A program made the position numbers and the translations under genes. A stretch of DNA of 64,000 nucleotides from Rhodanobacteraceae bacterium. Lineage in GTDB: Bacteria; Pseudomonadota; Gammaproteobacteria; Xanthomonadales; Rhodanobacteraceae. The notes beneath the pieces were generated by a model. That model was not told where the DNA came from. It did not search any database and saw only the letters and a program-made list of their open reading frames with translations. Within the stretch, counting starts at the first letter, position 1. Each line of letters opens with the position of its first letter. This document shows, piece after piece, positions 30,262 through 38,561 of the stretch. The stretch covers positions 11,923 to 75,922 of the forward strand of contig DASTIS010000230.1 of the NCBI GenBank assembly GCA_035717365.1. Reading direction: 5' to 3'.

Positions 30262-30338
30262 TAAACGTCTGTGTCGCGGCGGCGAGTCCGGTTACCTGGC
30301 CCCGCGTATTTAAACGTCTGTGCCGCGGTGGCGACTCC
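30262..30338. repeat. Two 28-nt imperfect direct repeats (25/28 identical), 49 nt apart, upstream of fleQ
   Basis: The first copy, 30262-30289, is TAAACGTCTGTGTCGCGGCGGCGAGTCC. The second, 30311-30338, is TAAACGTCTGTGCCGCGGTGGCGACTCC. They lie 141-217 nt upstream of the fleQ ATG. Confidence 0.8.
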
Positions 30339-30422
30339 CGCATTCGAGCGTGATCGACAAATCATGGGCGGAGGCGCGCCGGTCGCGGTGCGGCGACCAC
30401 GCCGCTTTCGAAGCGGGCAGGG

Positions 30423-30992
30423 CTACTGCTGTGGCGGCTGCGGCTCGCGCCGTGATTCGGCCAGCTGACGCCGGTGTTGGCGGAACACCAGGTGCTCGAT
30501 GCTCTGCCGGATCCCTTCGTCCAGCTCGTCGAAGGCGACGAATCCGCCGGCTCCCCGGGGGGCCGGCGCCACGCGCCCGGGCAGTTCGAGGGGCATCCCG
30601 ACACAGCTGTCGAAATAGATGCGGACCAGCACCGCCATATCCGCTTCGGGCGCCTTCCAGTCGGGGATCACGATGCCGCGCGCATTGAAGCGCACCGTGC
30701 GCGGCGGCGGCATTTGCACGTGACCCAGCAGGTACCGGTTGAACATCGCCAGCAGAAGGTCCAGCTTGGCGTCGATGCGCGCCAGCGCGGCGGAGACGGC
30801 TTCATCCTCGGGCGGTTCGCTGCCGCCACGCTCGCCGAGCATGTTCAACGTGGCCAGGACGTCGGCATCCTGCTCTTCCATCCGTGCTTGCCGGGCTGGA
30901 TCCAGTGGTGCATCAAGCGTCTCGCATTCAACGCGCATCGCTCCTTCCCAGGTGATGCGATCGCCGAAGAACTGCCAAGGGTCGTGGGTCAT
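30423..30992 (-). CDS. Hypothetical protein, possibly an atypical PilZ-type c-di-GMP receptor (function uncertain)
   Basis: 189 aa from the ATG at 30992 (GGGAGA lies 7 nt upstream; the track start at 31019 is a GTG). The C-terminal half is beta-rich (VRFNARGIVIPDW...MAVLVRIYFDSCVGMPLELPGRV...GFVAFDELDE), followed by FRQHRRQLAESRR. It is the last gene after fliS and the fliT-like genes. The family call is by eye only. Confidence 0.55.
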   Translation of the reverse strand: MTHDPWQFFGDRITWEGAMRVECETLDAPLDPARQARMEEQDADVLATLNMLGERGGSEPPEDEAVSAALARIDAKLDLLLAMFNRYLLGHVQMPPPRTVRFNARGIVIPDWKAPEADMAVLVRIYFDSCVGMPLELPGRVAPAPRGAGGFVAFDELDEGIRQSIEHLVFRQHRRQLAESRREPQPPQQ

Positions 30993-31115
30993 CCCGGGTT
31001 CTCCCGTGTTACGTGTCACGGTCGGTCGCAGCCGTTGCCGGATTGTATGCGATGATGTTTGCGCATGGCTACGCGGCCTGTCGGGTCGCAGATGCGCAGC
31101 ATGGCGCGACGGCGT

Positions 31116-31430
31116 TCAATCCTGCGCAGCGTCCAGGTAGGCGCTGGCGGCCGCATAGGCGCGTTGTGAATCGAGCAGGTTTTGGCGTGCCTCGTCGTGG
31201 GCGGAGGCGATGATCGCCGACAGTTCCTTTTGTGCCGCATCGAGCTGCGGGAGCAACCGCGGCGCGTCCGCGTGCGTGTACAGGCCGGGCTTGAGCAGCT
31301 GTGCGCGACGCTCGTGGAGGCGCCCGAAATGCGGCCAGTCCGCTGCCTTCGCCGCTGCCAACATCGCGCGGGTCAGGTCCAGTGCTTCGGTCAACGGCGA
31401 GTTCACGGCGTCACTTCCGCCGATCGCCAT
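31116..31430 (-). CDS. FliT-like flagellar chaperone paralogue, copy 2
   Basis: The ATG at 31430 gives MAIGGSDAVNSPLTEALDLTRAMLAAAKAADWPHFGRLHERRAQLLKPGLYTHADAPRLLPQL... An alternative GTG at 31406 would overlap the copy-1 stop as GTGA. The helical pattern A..(G/A)DW..F..L..RR..L is typical of FliT. Confidence 0.7.
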   Translation of the reverse strand: MAIGGSDAVNSPLTEALDLTRAMLAAAKAADWPHFGRLHERRAQLLKPGLYTHADAPRLLPQLDAAQKELSAIIASAHDEARQNLLDSQRAYAAASAYLDAAQD

Positions 31431-31717
31431 GGGTCCCGCGGCTCCGGCAGTGCTTCCACCAGGGCCTCGCTGATCGGCCCCAACATTTCCGCGGCGTCGT
31501 TGAGTGCGTCGTCGTCGTGCCGGATTGCGGCCAGTTCGGTCTGCGCTGCAAATAATTGCGGCAGCCGCCACGGTGCGTCGGGGCATGTGTAAAGCCCGGG
31601 CTCGATCAGTTTTGCACGGCGCTCCTGGAGGTACCGGAATTCCGGCCAGTCGCAGGCTTGCGCCGCCGCCAACATCGCGTAGGTCAGGTCCAGCACTTCG
31701 ACCAGTGGCGTCGTCAT
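31403..31717 (-). CDS. fliT: FliT-like flagellar chaperone paralogue, copy 1
   Basis: The ATG at 31717 immediately follows the fliS stop: MTTPLVEVLDLTYAMLAAAQACDWPEFRYLQERRAKLIEPGLYTCPDAPWRLPQL..., 104 aa. Confidence 0.75.
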   Translation of the reverse strand: MTTPLVEVLDLTYAMLAAAQACDWPEFRYLQERRAKLIEPGLYTCPDAPWRLPQLFAAQTELAAIRHDDDALNDAAEMLGPISEALVEALPEPRDPWRSAEVTP

Positions 31718-32142
31718 GGCGCGATGTCCGCCGGCGACCGCGGATCGTGCAGGGCGGCCGGGATTTCTGCCCACGCGCCGCGGATGGGCCGCAGCAGGTC
31801 CGCTACTTCGTCCAGGGTCGCGATGTCGTCATGCAGGTTGGCGTACAGCAGGCGACGGCCCATGTATTCGTACAGCGAATCCAGGCGTGCCGCCAATTCG
31901 CCGCCGCGGTCATGGTCGAGGCTGCTGCGCAAGCCGCCGATGATTTCGATGCTGCGCGAGATGCACTCGCCCTTCGCGGCGATCTCGCCGCGCTGCATGT
32001 GCCCGCGCGCGCTGGCGATGCGGCTGAGCGCACCGTCGAACAGCATCGCCGTCAGTTGGTGCGGGTTGGCCGACTCGACGCCGCCGTGCGTGCGCACGCG
32101 GCTGTACTGGTGGATGGCTTGGGCTGAGTGGGGGTTGGCCAT
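31714..32142 (-). CDS. fliS: Flagellin chaperone FliS
   Basis: 142 aa: YSRVRTHGGVESANPHQLTAMLFDGALSRIASARGHM...IIGGLRSSLD...LDSLYEYMGRRLLYANL. Confidence 0.94.
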   Translation of the reverse strand: MANPHSAQAIHQYSRVRTHGGVESANPHQLTAMLFDGALSRIASARGHMQRGEIAAKGECISRSIEIIGGLRSSLDHDRGGELAARLDSLYEYMGRRLLYANLHDDIATLDEVADLLRPIRGAWAEIPAALHDPRSPADIAP

Positions 32143-32173
32143 GGGGGGAGCCTCGGGATCGATCGCCGCGCGT

Positions 32174-33592
32174 TCACTTGCTGCCGGGTGGCTTGTACAT
32201 GCTGGCCAGCATGTCCAGCTGTGAGCTCAGGAAGCTGCTGGTCTGGTTCATCTGCGACATGGTCACGTCGAGCGCGGTGAATTGCTTGAGATAGCGGTCC
32301 TGGACGCTCTGCATGCGTGCGTCCAGCCGGGCTTGCTGCTGGTCGAGCTGCTTGCCGCGTGCATCCAGGCTGTCGCTGCGGATGTCGAGCAGGCCGCCGG
32401 TGCCGAGGTAGCCGTCGAGCAGGTTGTCCAGCTTGCCGGCGTAGCCCAGGTCGCCACCGAACAGGTTGGCCACCTGGGCGGGTTGCGAACCCAGGGCACC
32501 GCCGAGCTTGTTGGCGTCCAGTTGCAGCGTGCCGTCGGCCTGCAAATTGACGCCGATGTCGCCCAGCGTGCGCAGGCCCGACGTGTTGCTGCCGGCGACA
32601 TCGGCCAGTACCGACGAGAGCTGCGAGCGGATGCCAAGCAGGCTGGCATCGCCCAGCAGCGGCCCGGCGGTCTTGCTGCCGGGGTCGTAGCTGGCCAGTT
32701 GCCCGGCGCCTCGAACGAAATTGTTGTAGGCGTTGACGAATGCCTGGACCAGGTTTTGCGTCGACGTCGCGTCGCGGCCCACGGTCAGGGTCTCGGTCTG
32801 GCCGGGTTCCGCGCTGGCGATGTTCAAGGTGACGCCATCGATGGCGCCGTCCACGACATTGTCGGGGGAGGTGCTGGTGAAGCCGTCGATGTTGACCTGG
32901 GCATCCGTCGCCGCGTTCTGCAAGGTCAGGTTGCCAGTGTTCGTCGAGGCATCCCAGCTCAACGCGTTCAGGCCGCCGTCGCCGCCGCTTGCACTGATGC
33001 TGAAAGCATTGGCGACTCCGGTTGCGGTCGAAGTCAGCACCAGGTGGTCGCCGTCCGTGGCGTGCACGATGGTGGCGCCGACGCCGGGGTTGCCGCTGGC
33101 GCCGTTGATGGCGTCACGGATGCCGGAAAGGGTGTTGTTGCCCGAATCAATGTCGATGGCGATCGAATCGCCACCAACGGAAAGCGTGAGGGTGCCGGTA
33201 CCCACGGCGGCATCGTCGGCGTACGCGGCGGAAGTCAGTTTCTGGGCCGCAGCGGTCTGCAGCACCTCGATCTGGTAACGGCCGGGCATCGCGTTGGCGC
33301 CGGCCGTGGCGGTGAAGAGGTCCGTATCGCTCGAAGTCGCGGTGTACTTCGTGAAGGCGCTGCCGTCGGCCAGCGATGACAAGCTGCTTTGCAACGCCGC
33401 CAACAGCGATTTCAGAGAGCCGATCGCCGAGGTCTGGTTGGTGACATAGGCACGCTGGTTGTCGATCTGGGCCTGTGCCGGTTGGCGCTCTGCATCCACC
33501 AGTTTCGAGACGAGCGTATTGACGTCCAGCCCCGAGCCGATGCCTGGCGAACTGATGAGTCCGGTGCCTGGGTTGGTGCTGATGGTGGACAT
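32174..33592 (-). CDS. fliD: Flagellar filament cap protein FliD
   Basis: 472 aa. The N-terminus reads ISSPGIGSGLDVNTLVSKLVDAERQP. The C-terminus reads RYLKQFTALDVTMSQMNQTSSFLSSQL. Confidence 0.95.
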   Translation of the reverse strand: MSTISTNPGTGLISSPGIGSGLDVNTLVSKLVDAERQPAQAQIDNQRAYVTNQTSAIGSLKSLLAALQSSLSSLADGSAFTKYTATSSDTDLFTATAGANAMPGRYQIEVLQTAAAQKLTSAAYADDAAVGTGTLTLSVGGDSIAIDIDSGNNTLSGIRDAINGASGNPGVGATIVHATDGDHLVLTSTATGVANAFSISASGGDGGLNALSWDASTNTGNLTLQNAATDAQVNIDGFTSTSPDNVVDGAIDGVTLNIASAEPGQTETLTVGRDATSTQNLVQAFVNAYNNFVRGAGQLASYDPGSKTAGPLLGDASLLGIRSQLSSVLADVAGSNTSGLRTLGDIGVNLQADGTLQLDANKLGGALGSQPAQVANLFGGDLGYAGKLDNLLDGYLGTGGLLDIRSDSLDARGKQLDQQQARLDARMQSVQDRYLKQFTALDVTMSQMNQTSSFLSSQLDMLASMYKPPGSK

Positions 33593-33649
33593 GAAAAGGT
33601 GGCTCCGGAATCGTGGTGATGGAAATTCGACGGTGATCGCAGTGCATCA

Positions 33650-33665
33650 AGCAATTCGCGTACCA
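33650..33665 (-). promoter_or_regulatory. Sigma-54 promoter motif for the fliD operon
   Basis: The minus strand reads TGGTACGCGAATTGCT (GG-N10-GC spacing is canonical), 57 nt upstream of the fliD ATG. GGAG lies 10 nt before the ATG. Confidence 0.65.
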
Positions 33666-33742
33666 CTCGCGAGCCGCGTGTCGATCAAGGTTTGCGGGCC
33701 TCCGGCGTTCGTCATTTCCGTGAAAACGGTCTATTGCCTGTC

Positions 33743-33772
33743 CCGCCGGCGGCGAACGATTGCCGCCGGCGG
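33743..33772 (-). terminator. Intrinsic terminator-like hairpin after fliC
   Basis: A perfect 11-bp GC stem (CCGCCGGCGGC / GCCGCCGGCGG) with an 8-nt loop begins 14 nt after the fliC TAA. The U-run (GTTTTC) lies about 17 nt further on, so it is not a textbook terminator. Confidence 0.55.
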
Positions 33773-33786
33773 AACCCGGTTGCCGC

Positions 33787-35166
33787 TTACTGCAGAAGCT
33801 TCAGCACCAGCTGCGGCGCCGCGTTGGCCTGGGCCAGCATCGACACGCCTGCCTGTTGCAGGATCTGCGCCTGGCTCATCGAGGCCGTCTCCGATGCGAA
33901 GTCGGTGTCTTCGATGCGGCTGCGGGAAGCCGACAGGTTTTCCGAGATCGCCTGCAGGTTCGAGATGGTCGAGTCGAAGCGGTTCTGGATGGCGCCGAGA
34001 TCGCTGCGCACCGAGCTGACCGTGGACAGCGCCGCGTCGACGCGGTTGATCACGTCGTTCGCGTCAGCCACCGAGGTGACGTCGACGTCGGACAGGCTGC
34101 CCGATACCTGCGTCGTGCCGGCGGTGAAACCGAGCGCGGTGAAGTCCGTGCCAGTGCCGCCGATGGTCAACGTGCTCTGCGACTGGATCTGCAGCGCGCC
34201 GGTGCCGTCGAGGTAGGCGGTCACGCCGCTGATGCCCTCGGCGTTGATGCCGTCGGCCAGCGACTGGGCGTCGGAGAACGTGCCGACGATGTCGGTGCCG
34301 TTGAGGCTGAGTTCGCCTGCAGCCAGATCCAGCATGCCGGTGGCTGCCGTAGCAGTGGCCGCGCCTGTGGTGTCGTCGGAATTACCATCGGTAATGGTGC
34401 CAGCGGTCAGGCCCATCAGGTTGTTGCCCGCGACCGATACATCCGCGCCCGCGGCGGCCAGATGCACTTCGCCCCCGACGTTGGACGCCGTGAGGTTGGC
34501 GATCCCTGCGGAGTTGATTGCGGAAACGAGGCTGTCGACGTCGGTGAAGGTGCCGGTGATGTCGGTGCCACCCAGGGTCAGGTCGCCCGCGGCGAGAGTC
34601 AGGCCGGCGCTACCGAACGCACTGCTGACGTCCTGCGAAACCGTGGCCACCGAGCCGATCTGGCTGGCCTTGGTGCCTTGGGTCAGGTCGATGGTAATCG
34701 TCTCGCCGACGTTGGCGCCGACCTGAAAAGCGGCGGAACCGAAGCTGCCGTCCAGCACGTGGCGACCGTTGAACGTGGTCTGCTGCGAGATGCGGGTGAT
34801 CTCAGCGAGACGCTGCTGCACTTCGGCGTCCAGCGCAGCGCGATCGCTGTCGGAGTTGGTGGCGTTGGCCGACTGCACCGCCAACTGGCGGATGGCCTGC
34901 AGGTTGTTGGTCAGCTCGCCCAGCGCCGACTCCGTGGTCTGCGCCAGCGAAATGCCGTCGTTGGCGTTGCGCACGGCGGTGTTCAGGCCGTTGATCTGGG
35001 TGGTGAAGCGGGTCGAGATGGCGAGGCCCGCGGCGTCGTCCTTGGCGCTGTTGATGCGCAGGCCCGAAGACAGGCGCTGCATCGCGGTGGCCAGCGCGTT
35101 CTGCGACTGGTTGAGGTTGCGCTGAGCAGTCAGCGACATGATGTTGGTGTTGATGACCTGAGGCAT
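33787..35166 (-). CDS. fliC: Flagellin FliC
   Basis: 459 aa from the ATG at 35166 (GGAGAA RBS). The conserved N-terminus is MPQVINTNIMSLTAQRNLNQSQNALATAMQRLSSGLRINSAKDDAAGLAIS. The C-terminus is LGAIQNRFDSTISNL...QAGVSMLAQANAAPQLVLKLLQ. The central domain is Gly/Thr/Ala-rich and variable. Confidence 0.97.
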   Translation of the reverse strand: MPQVINTNIMSLTAQRNLNQSQNALATAMQRLSSGLRINSAKDDAAGLAISTRFTTQINGLNTAVRNANDGISLAQTTESALGELTNNLQAIRQLAVQSANATNSDSDRAALDAEVQQRLAEITRISQQTTFNGRHVLDGSFGSAAFQVGANVGETITIDLTQGTKASQIGSVATVSQDVSSAFGSAGLTLAAGDLTLGGTDITGTFTDVDSLVSAINSAGIANLTASNVGGEVHLAAAGADVSVAGNNLMGLTAGTITDGNSDDTTGAATATAATGMLDLAAGELSLNGTDIVGTFSDAQSLADGINAEGISGVTAYLDGTGALQIQSQSTLTIGGTGTDFTALGFTAGTTQVSGSLSDVDVTSVADANDVINRVDAALSTVSSVRSDLGAIQNRFDSTISNLQAISENLSASRSRIEDTDFASETASMSQAQILQQAGVSMLAQANAAPQLVLKLLQ

Positions 35167-35262
35167 GGGAAGGTTCTCCTGACGGTACGTTGTGCCGGAC
35201 TTCCGGCGTGGGTCGTTCCGGCGGTGCTTCCGAAGTACCGGTTGCATGCCGCCTCGGAGATT

Positions 35263-35289
35263 GTTTCGGCACGTGGGTGGCGAACTTGA
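35263..35289 (-). promoter_or_regulatory. Sigma-28 (FliA) promoter motif for fliC
   Basis: The minus strand reads TCAAGTTC-GCCACCCACGT-GCCGAAAC, about 95 nt upstream of the fliC ATG. Confidence 0.75.
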
Positions 35290-35476
35290 GTGCCGGATGA
35301 AGTCGTTTCGTCGTTGTCAACGCCGCTGCCGCGCCATGCCGCAGCAGGGGTCGACGCGCTGTTCCGGGGTGCCGCGATGCGTGTGACGAGCGCGTCGAGT
35401 GCAGCGCCGACGGCCGGATGGTTCGACGCGAGGCCGCGCGGAGAACCCACGCTGGCCGCGGTCGTGTCGCGCCGCC

Positions 35477-36664
35477 TTACTTCAGGAAATCGAACAGCGA
35501 CATGCCCTGAACTTTGATGTAGGTCTGCTGCGCGGCCTGCAGCGCCACCTGCTGCAGGTTCAATTTGCCGATGGCGCTGGCCATGTCGACGTCCTGCAGG
35601 TTGGAGATCGCGCCCTGGTTCTGGACGTGCAGATCGGCCTCGGTGGATTTTTGCTGGTCCAGGGTATTCATCCGCGCGCCGATGCGGGCCTGCACGTCGA
35701 GCACGCGTTGCAGCGACCGGTCGATGCCCTCGATCTGGCGGTTGACGACATTGCTGGAAGCCGGACCCGGCGGCATGCTTTCGAAGGCATCGATCAATCT
35801 GCCGACGCTGGCGAACATGCTTTGCGTGGATCCCGATTGCACGGAGAGGGTATCGCCCGCGGCGGGTTCGCCGTCGAGCTGGATCTGCATGCCGCCGAAC
35901 GCGATCGCGCCGTGGCCGTCGTAGCTGCCGGTGCCGGCGATGTTGCCGGCGCTGTCTGCAGCCTGCCATGTGCCGTCGGCCGCGAAAGTGATGGTGTACG
36001 CGCCGCCGGTGTAGGCGCCGCTGTCGATCACGCTGCTCGCGCCGACCACCAGCGCCCCGGTGTTGGTCGCGCCTGCCTGCACGGCAAAGCGGCCGTTGCC
36101 GGCCGGGATGTTCATGAACACGTCGCTGCCGGGGTCGCCCGTGGCTACCTGCATGCCGGGCGCGGCGGCAACCATGCGCTGGCCGTCATCGCCCTTGTAC
36201 GAGACATCGAAGCCCGCGTTTTGCACGAATGGCGTGGCGCGCACCGCATTGCCTGCGAACAGGGCGTCGCCCTGCGCGTCGGTGCCGTTGGATACCTGCA
36301 CGAGCTGTGAAAACAACTGGCGCAGTTCGGTGGCGGTGGCGACGCGGTCGCTCGGGGTCTGGCTGGCATTGGTGCCTTGCAGCGCAAGGGTACGCACGCG
36401 CTGCAGGATGCCGGTCACCTGGTTGAGCGAGGTTTCTTCCAGGCCGAGCCGGCCGTTGGCGCTGTCGATGTTGCGCTGGTATTGCTGGTTGGCCGCTTCC
36501 ACGTGTTGCAGTTTCAGTACCTGGGCGGCGGCGACCGGGTCGTCGGAGGCATTGAGGATGCGCTTGCCGCTGCTCAGCTGCCGTTGCGTGTCGGCCATCT
36601 GTGACTGACGGTCGAGGATGTCGTTGATGGCGCTTTGCTGCATCCACGTGGTCGATATCCGCAT
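35477..36664 (-). CDS. flgL: Hook-filament junction protein FlgL
   Basis: 395 aa: MRISTTWMQQSAINDILDRQSQMADTQRQLSSGKRILNASDDPVAAA..., with a flagellin-like C-terminus. Confidence 0.94.
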   Translation of the reverse strand: MRISTTWMQQSAINDILDRQSQMADTQRQLSSGKRILNASDDPVAAAQVLKLQHVEAANQQYQRNIDSANGRLGLEETSLNQVTGILQRVRTLALQGTNASQTPSDRVATATELRQLFSQLVQVSNGTDAQGDALFAGNAVRATPFVQNAGFDVSYKGDDGQRMVAAAPGMQVATGDPGSDVFMNIPAGNGRFAVQAGATNTGALVVGASSVIDSGAYTGGAYTITFAADGTWQAADSAGNIAGTGSYDGHGAIAFGGMQIQLDGEPAAGDTLSVQSGSTQSMFASVGRLIDAFESMPPGPASSNVVNRQIEGIDRSLQRVLDVQARIGARMNTLDQQKSTEADLHVQNQGAISNLQDVDMASAIGKLNLQQVALQAAQQTYIKVQGMSLFDFLK

Positions 36665-36668
36665 GGCT

Positions 36669-38531
36669 TCAGCTCCTTACCGCGTTGATCAGGGTGTCGA
36701 AGAGGGTGTTTGCGGTGGCAATCACCTGTGCCGAGGCCTGGTAGGACTGTTGGTAACGAATGAGGTTGCTGGCCTCCTCGTCGAGATTGACGCCGGCCAC
36801 GGATTGCTGCGATTGCTGGGCCTGCTGGTAAAGACTGGTCTGCGCGTCCAGGTTCATCTTGGCTTGTGCGCCCATGGTGCCGGTGCCGGCAACCAGGCTG
36901 GCGTAGGCATCGCCGGCCGAAACCGTGCCGCCGCCGAGCACGCCGAGGTCGGCGGTCTTGCCCAGCGCCAGCGCATTGCTGTTGTCGCCGGCACCGTCGC
37001 TGTTGCTCCTGACGGTGAAGCCGTCACCGGCGGCAGGCGCGCCATCCAGCGCGAGGCTCCAGCCATTCAACTGGATCGGCGATGCGGGGGTGTAGGGGTA
37101 ACTGCCCGTGCCGTTGATCGAATAAGTGGTGGCGTCGATGAAATCGATTTGCGCCGTCGCCTGCAGGTTGGCGTCGCCGACATCGGTGACGTTCAGCTCT
37201 GCGACGCTCGCCTGGTTGCCGCTGGCGGCGACGGCCTTGACCGGTGCCGCCAACGCGAGCTGGCCTGGATCCGTGAGTGTCAGTTGCAGCCCGCCCGCTG
37301 CACCGAGTGTGGGCTGGATGCGGAAACTGTCACCGGCGGCGGCCGTGCCGGCGATAACCAGGTGCAGGCCGTCGAAGCTGAGCGGGTCGGCGCTGGTGCC
37401 GCCGCCGGTCGCAGTGACCGGGCTGCCGCCGGTGGTACGCACCGACCAGGCGCTGCCGTCGTAGCGCAGGGTGTAGTCGCTCGCCTGCAGCGACCCGACA
37501 TCCGTGATGGTGGCGCCGACCGTGGCGTTGCCGGTGTTGCCGCCCGCCGCCGATACCTGCGGCGCGGGCAGCGTGAACATGTCGCCGCCGAGCTGGCCGT
37601 TCAAATCCATGCCCTGGCGGTGCTGCGCGTTCACCGCGCTGGCGAAGGCGATTGCGATGCGTCCCAACTGGTTGCGCGCCGGTTCGAGCACGTTGCCGCG
37701 GTAATCGAGCAGGCCGCCCAGCGCGCCTCCCTGCAACTGGCCATCGAGGCTGGCGCCGGTGGATGAGGCCACGTTGGTGCGGGTAGCGTCGTAGGGATCG
37801 GGCACGGCTTTCAATGCGAGCGCGCTCGAGCCGCTGACCAGGGTCTGGCCATTGCCCGCAAACACGTTGATGCTGTTGCCCTGCGTCGAGGTGGTAATCC
37901 CGACTTGCGCGGACAGTTGCTGCAAAAGCTGATCACGACGATCAAGCAGGTCGTTGGGTGGGTTGCCGCCGGCAGCTTCGCTTGCGATCTGCTGGTTGAG
38001 GTCGGCGATGCCCTTGGCCAGGCCGTTGATGCTGGAGACGCTGTCGGCGACGCGCTGGTTGATCTGGCTCCATTGCCGGGCGAGCTGCTGGTCGAGGGTG
38101 TGGAAGGTGCCGACCAGCGATGTCGCGTTGCCCAGCACGGCCTGGCGCGTGGGCGTCGAAGTGGGGTTGTTGGCGGCGTCCTGGACACTCGAATAAAAAC
38201 CGTCCATGGCCGACTGCACGTTGTTGTTTCCCCCCAGCAGGTCGTTGAGGTTGTCGGTGAGCTGGCTGAAGGTGGTGGCGCGTTGCAGCGACGAATCCTG
38301 GTTCCGGACCGCGGCGGTGAGGTACTGGTTGTATGCGCGCCGTACATCGACCACGTCCACGCCCTGGCCGATGAAGAAGTTGCCCGCACGCTGCGGGTCG
38401 CGCGTGGCCAGTGTGACCGTCTGCCGGCTGTAGCCCGGCGTGCTGGCGTTGGCGATGTTGTGGCCGGTGGTAGCCAGCGCCACACGCGAGGCGAGCAGGC
38501 CGGAAATGCCGGTGCCGAGAAGGTCAGCCAT
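36669..38531 (-). CDS. flgK: Hook-filament junction protein FlgK
   Basis: 620 aa. The N-terminus is MADLLGTGISGLLASRVALATTGHNIANASTPGYSRQ. The C-terminus is NLDEEASNLIRYQQSYQASAQVIATANTLFDTLINAV. Confidence 0.96.
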   Translation of the reverse strand: MADLLGTGISGLLASRVALATTGHNIANASTPGYSRQTVTLATRDPQRAGNFFIGQGVDVVDVRRAYNQYLTAAVRNQDSSLQRATTFSQLTDNLNDLLGGNNNVQSAMDGFYSSVQDAANNPTSTPTRQAVLGNATSLVGTFHTLDQQLARQWSQINQRVADSVSSINGLAKGIADLNQQIASEAAGGNPPNDLLDRRDQLLQQLSAQVGITTSTQGNSINVFAGNGQTLVSGSSALALKAVPDPYDATRTNVASSTGASLDGQLQGGALGGLLDYRGNVLEPARNQLGRIAIAFASAVNAQHRQGMDLNGQLGGDMFTLPAPQVSAAGGNTGNATVGATITDVGSLQASDYTLRYDGSAWSVRTTGGSPVTATGGGTSADPLSFDGLHLVIAGTAAAGDSFRIQPTLGAAGGLQLTLTDPGQLALAAPVKAVAASGNQASVAELNVTDVGDANLQATAQIDFIDATTYSINGTGSYPYTPASPIQLNGWSLALDGAPAAGDGFTVRSNSDGAGDNSNALALGKTADLGVLGGGTVSAGDAYASLVAGTGTMGAQAKMNLDAQTSLYQQAQQSQQSVAGVNLDEEASNLIRYQQSYQASAQVIATANTLFDTLINAVRS

Positions 38532-38561
38532 GTCCCTCGCTCCACAGGTGAATGTGCATTC

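Noticed and set aside
35167-35262. GGA-containing motifs and a small hairpin (GCCGGAAGTCCGGC) in the fliC leader, considered as CsrA/RsmA-type translational control sites.
   Set aside because: GGA triplets are expected by chance in this composition. No fliW-type partner gene is present in the window, and I cannot support a specific binding-site architecture by eye.
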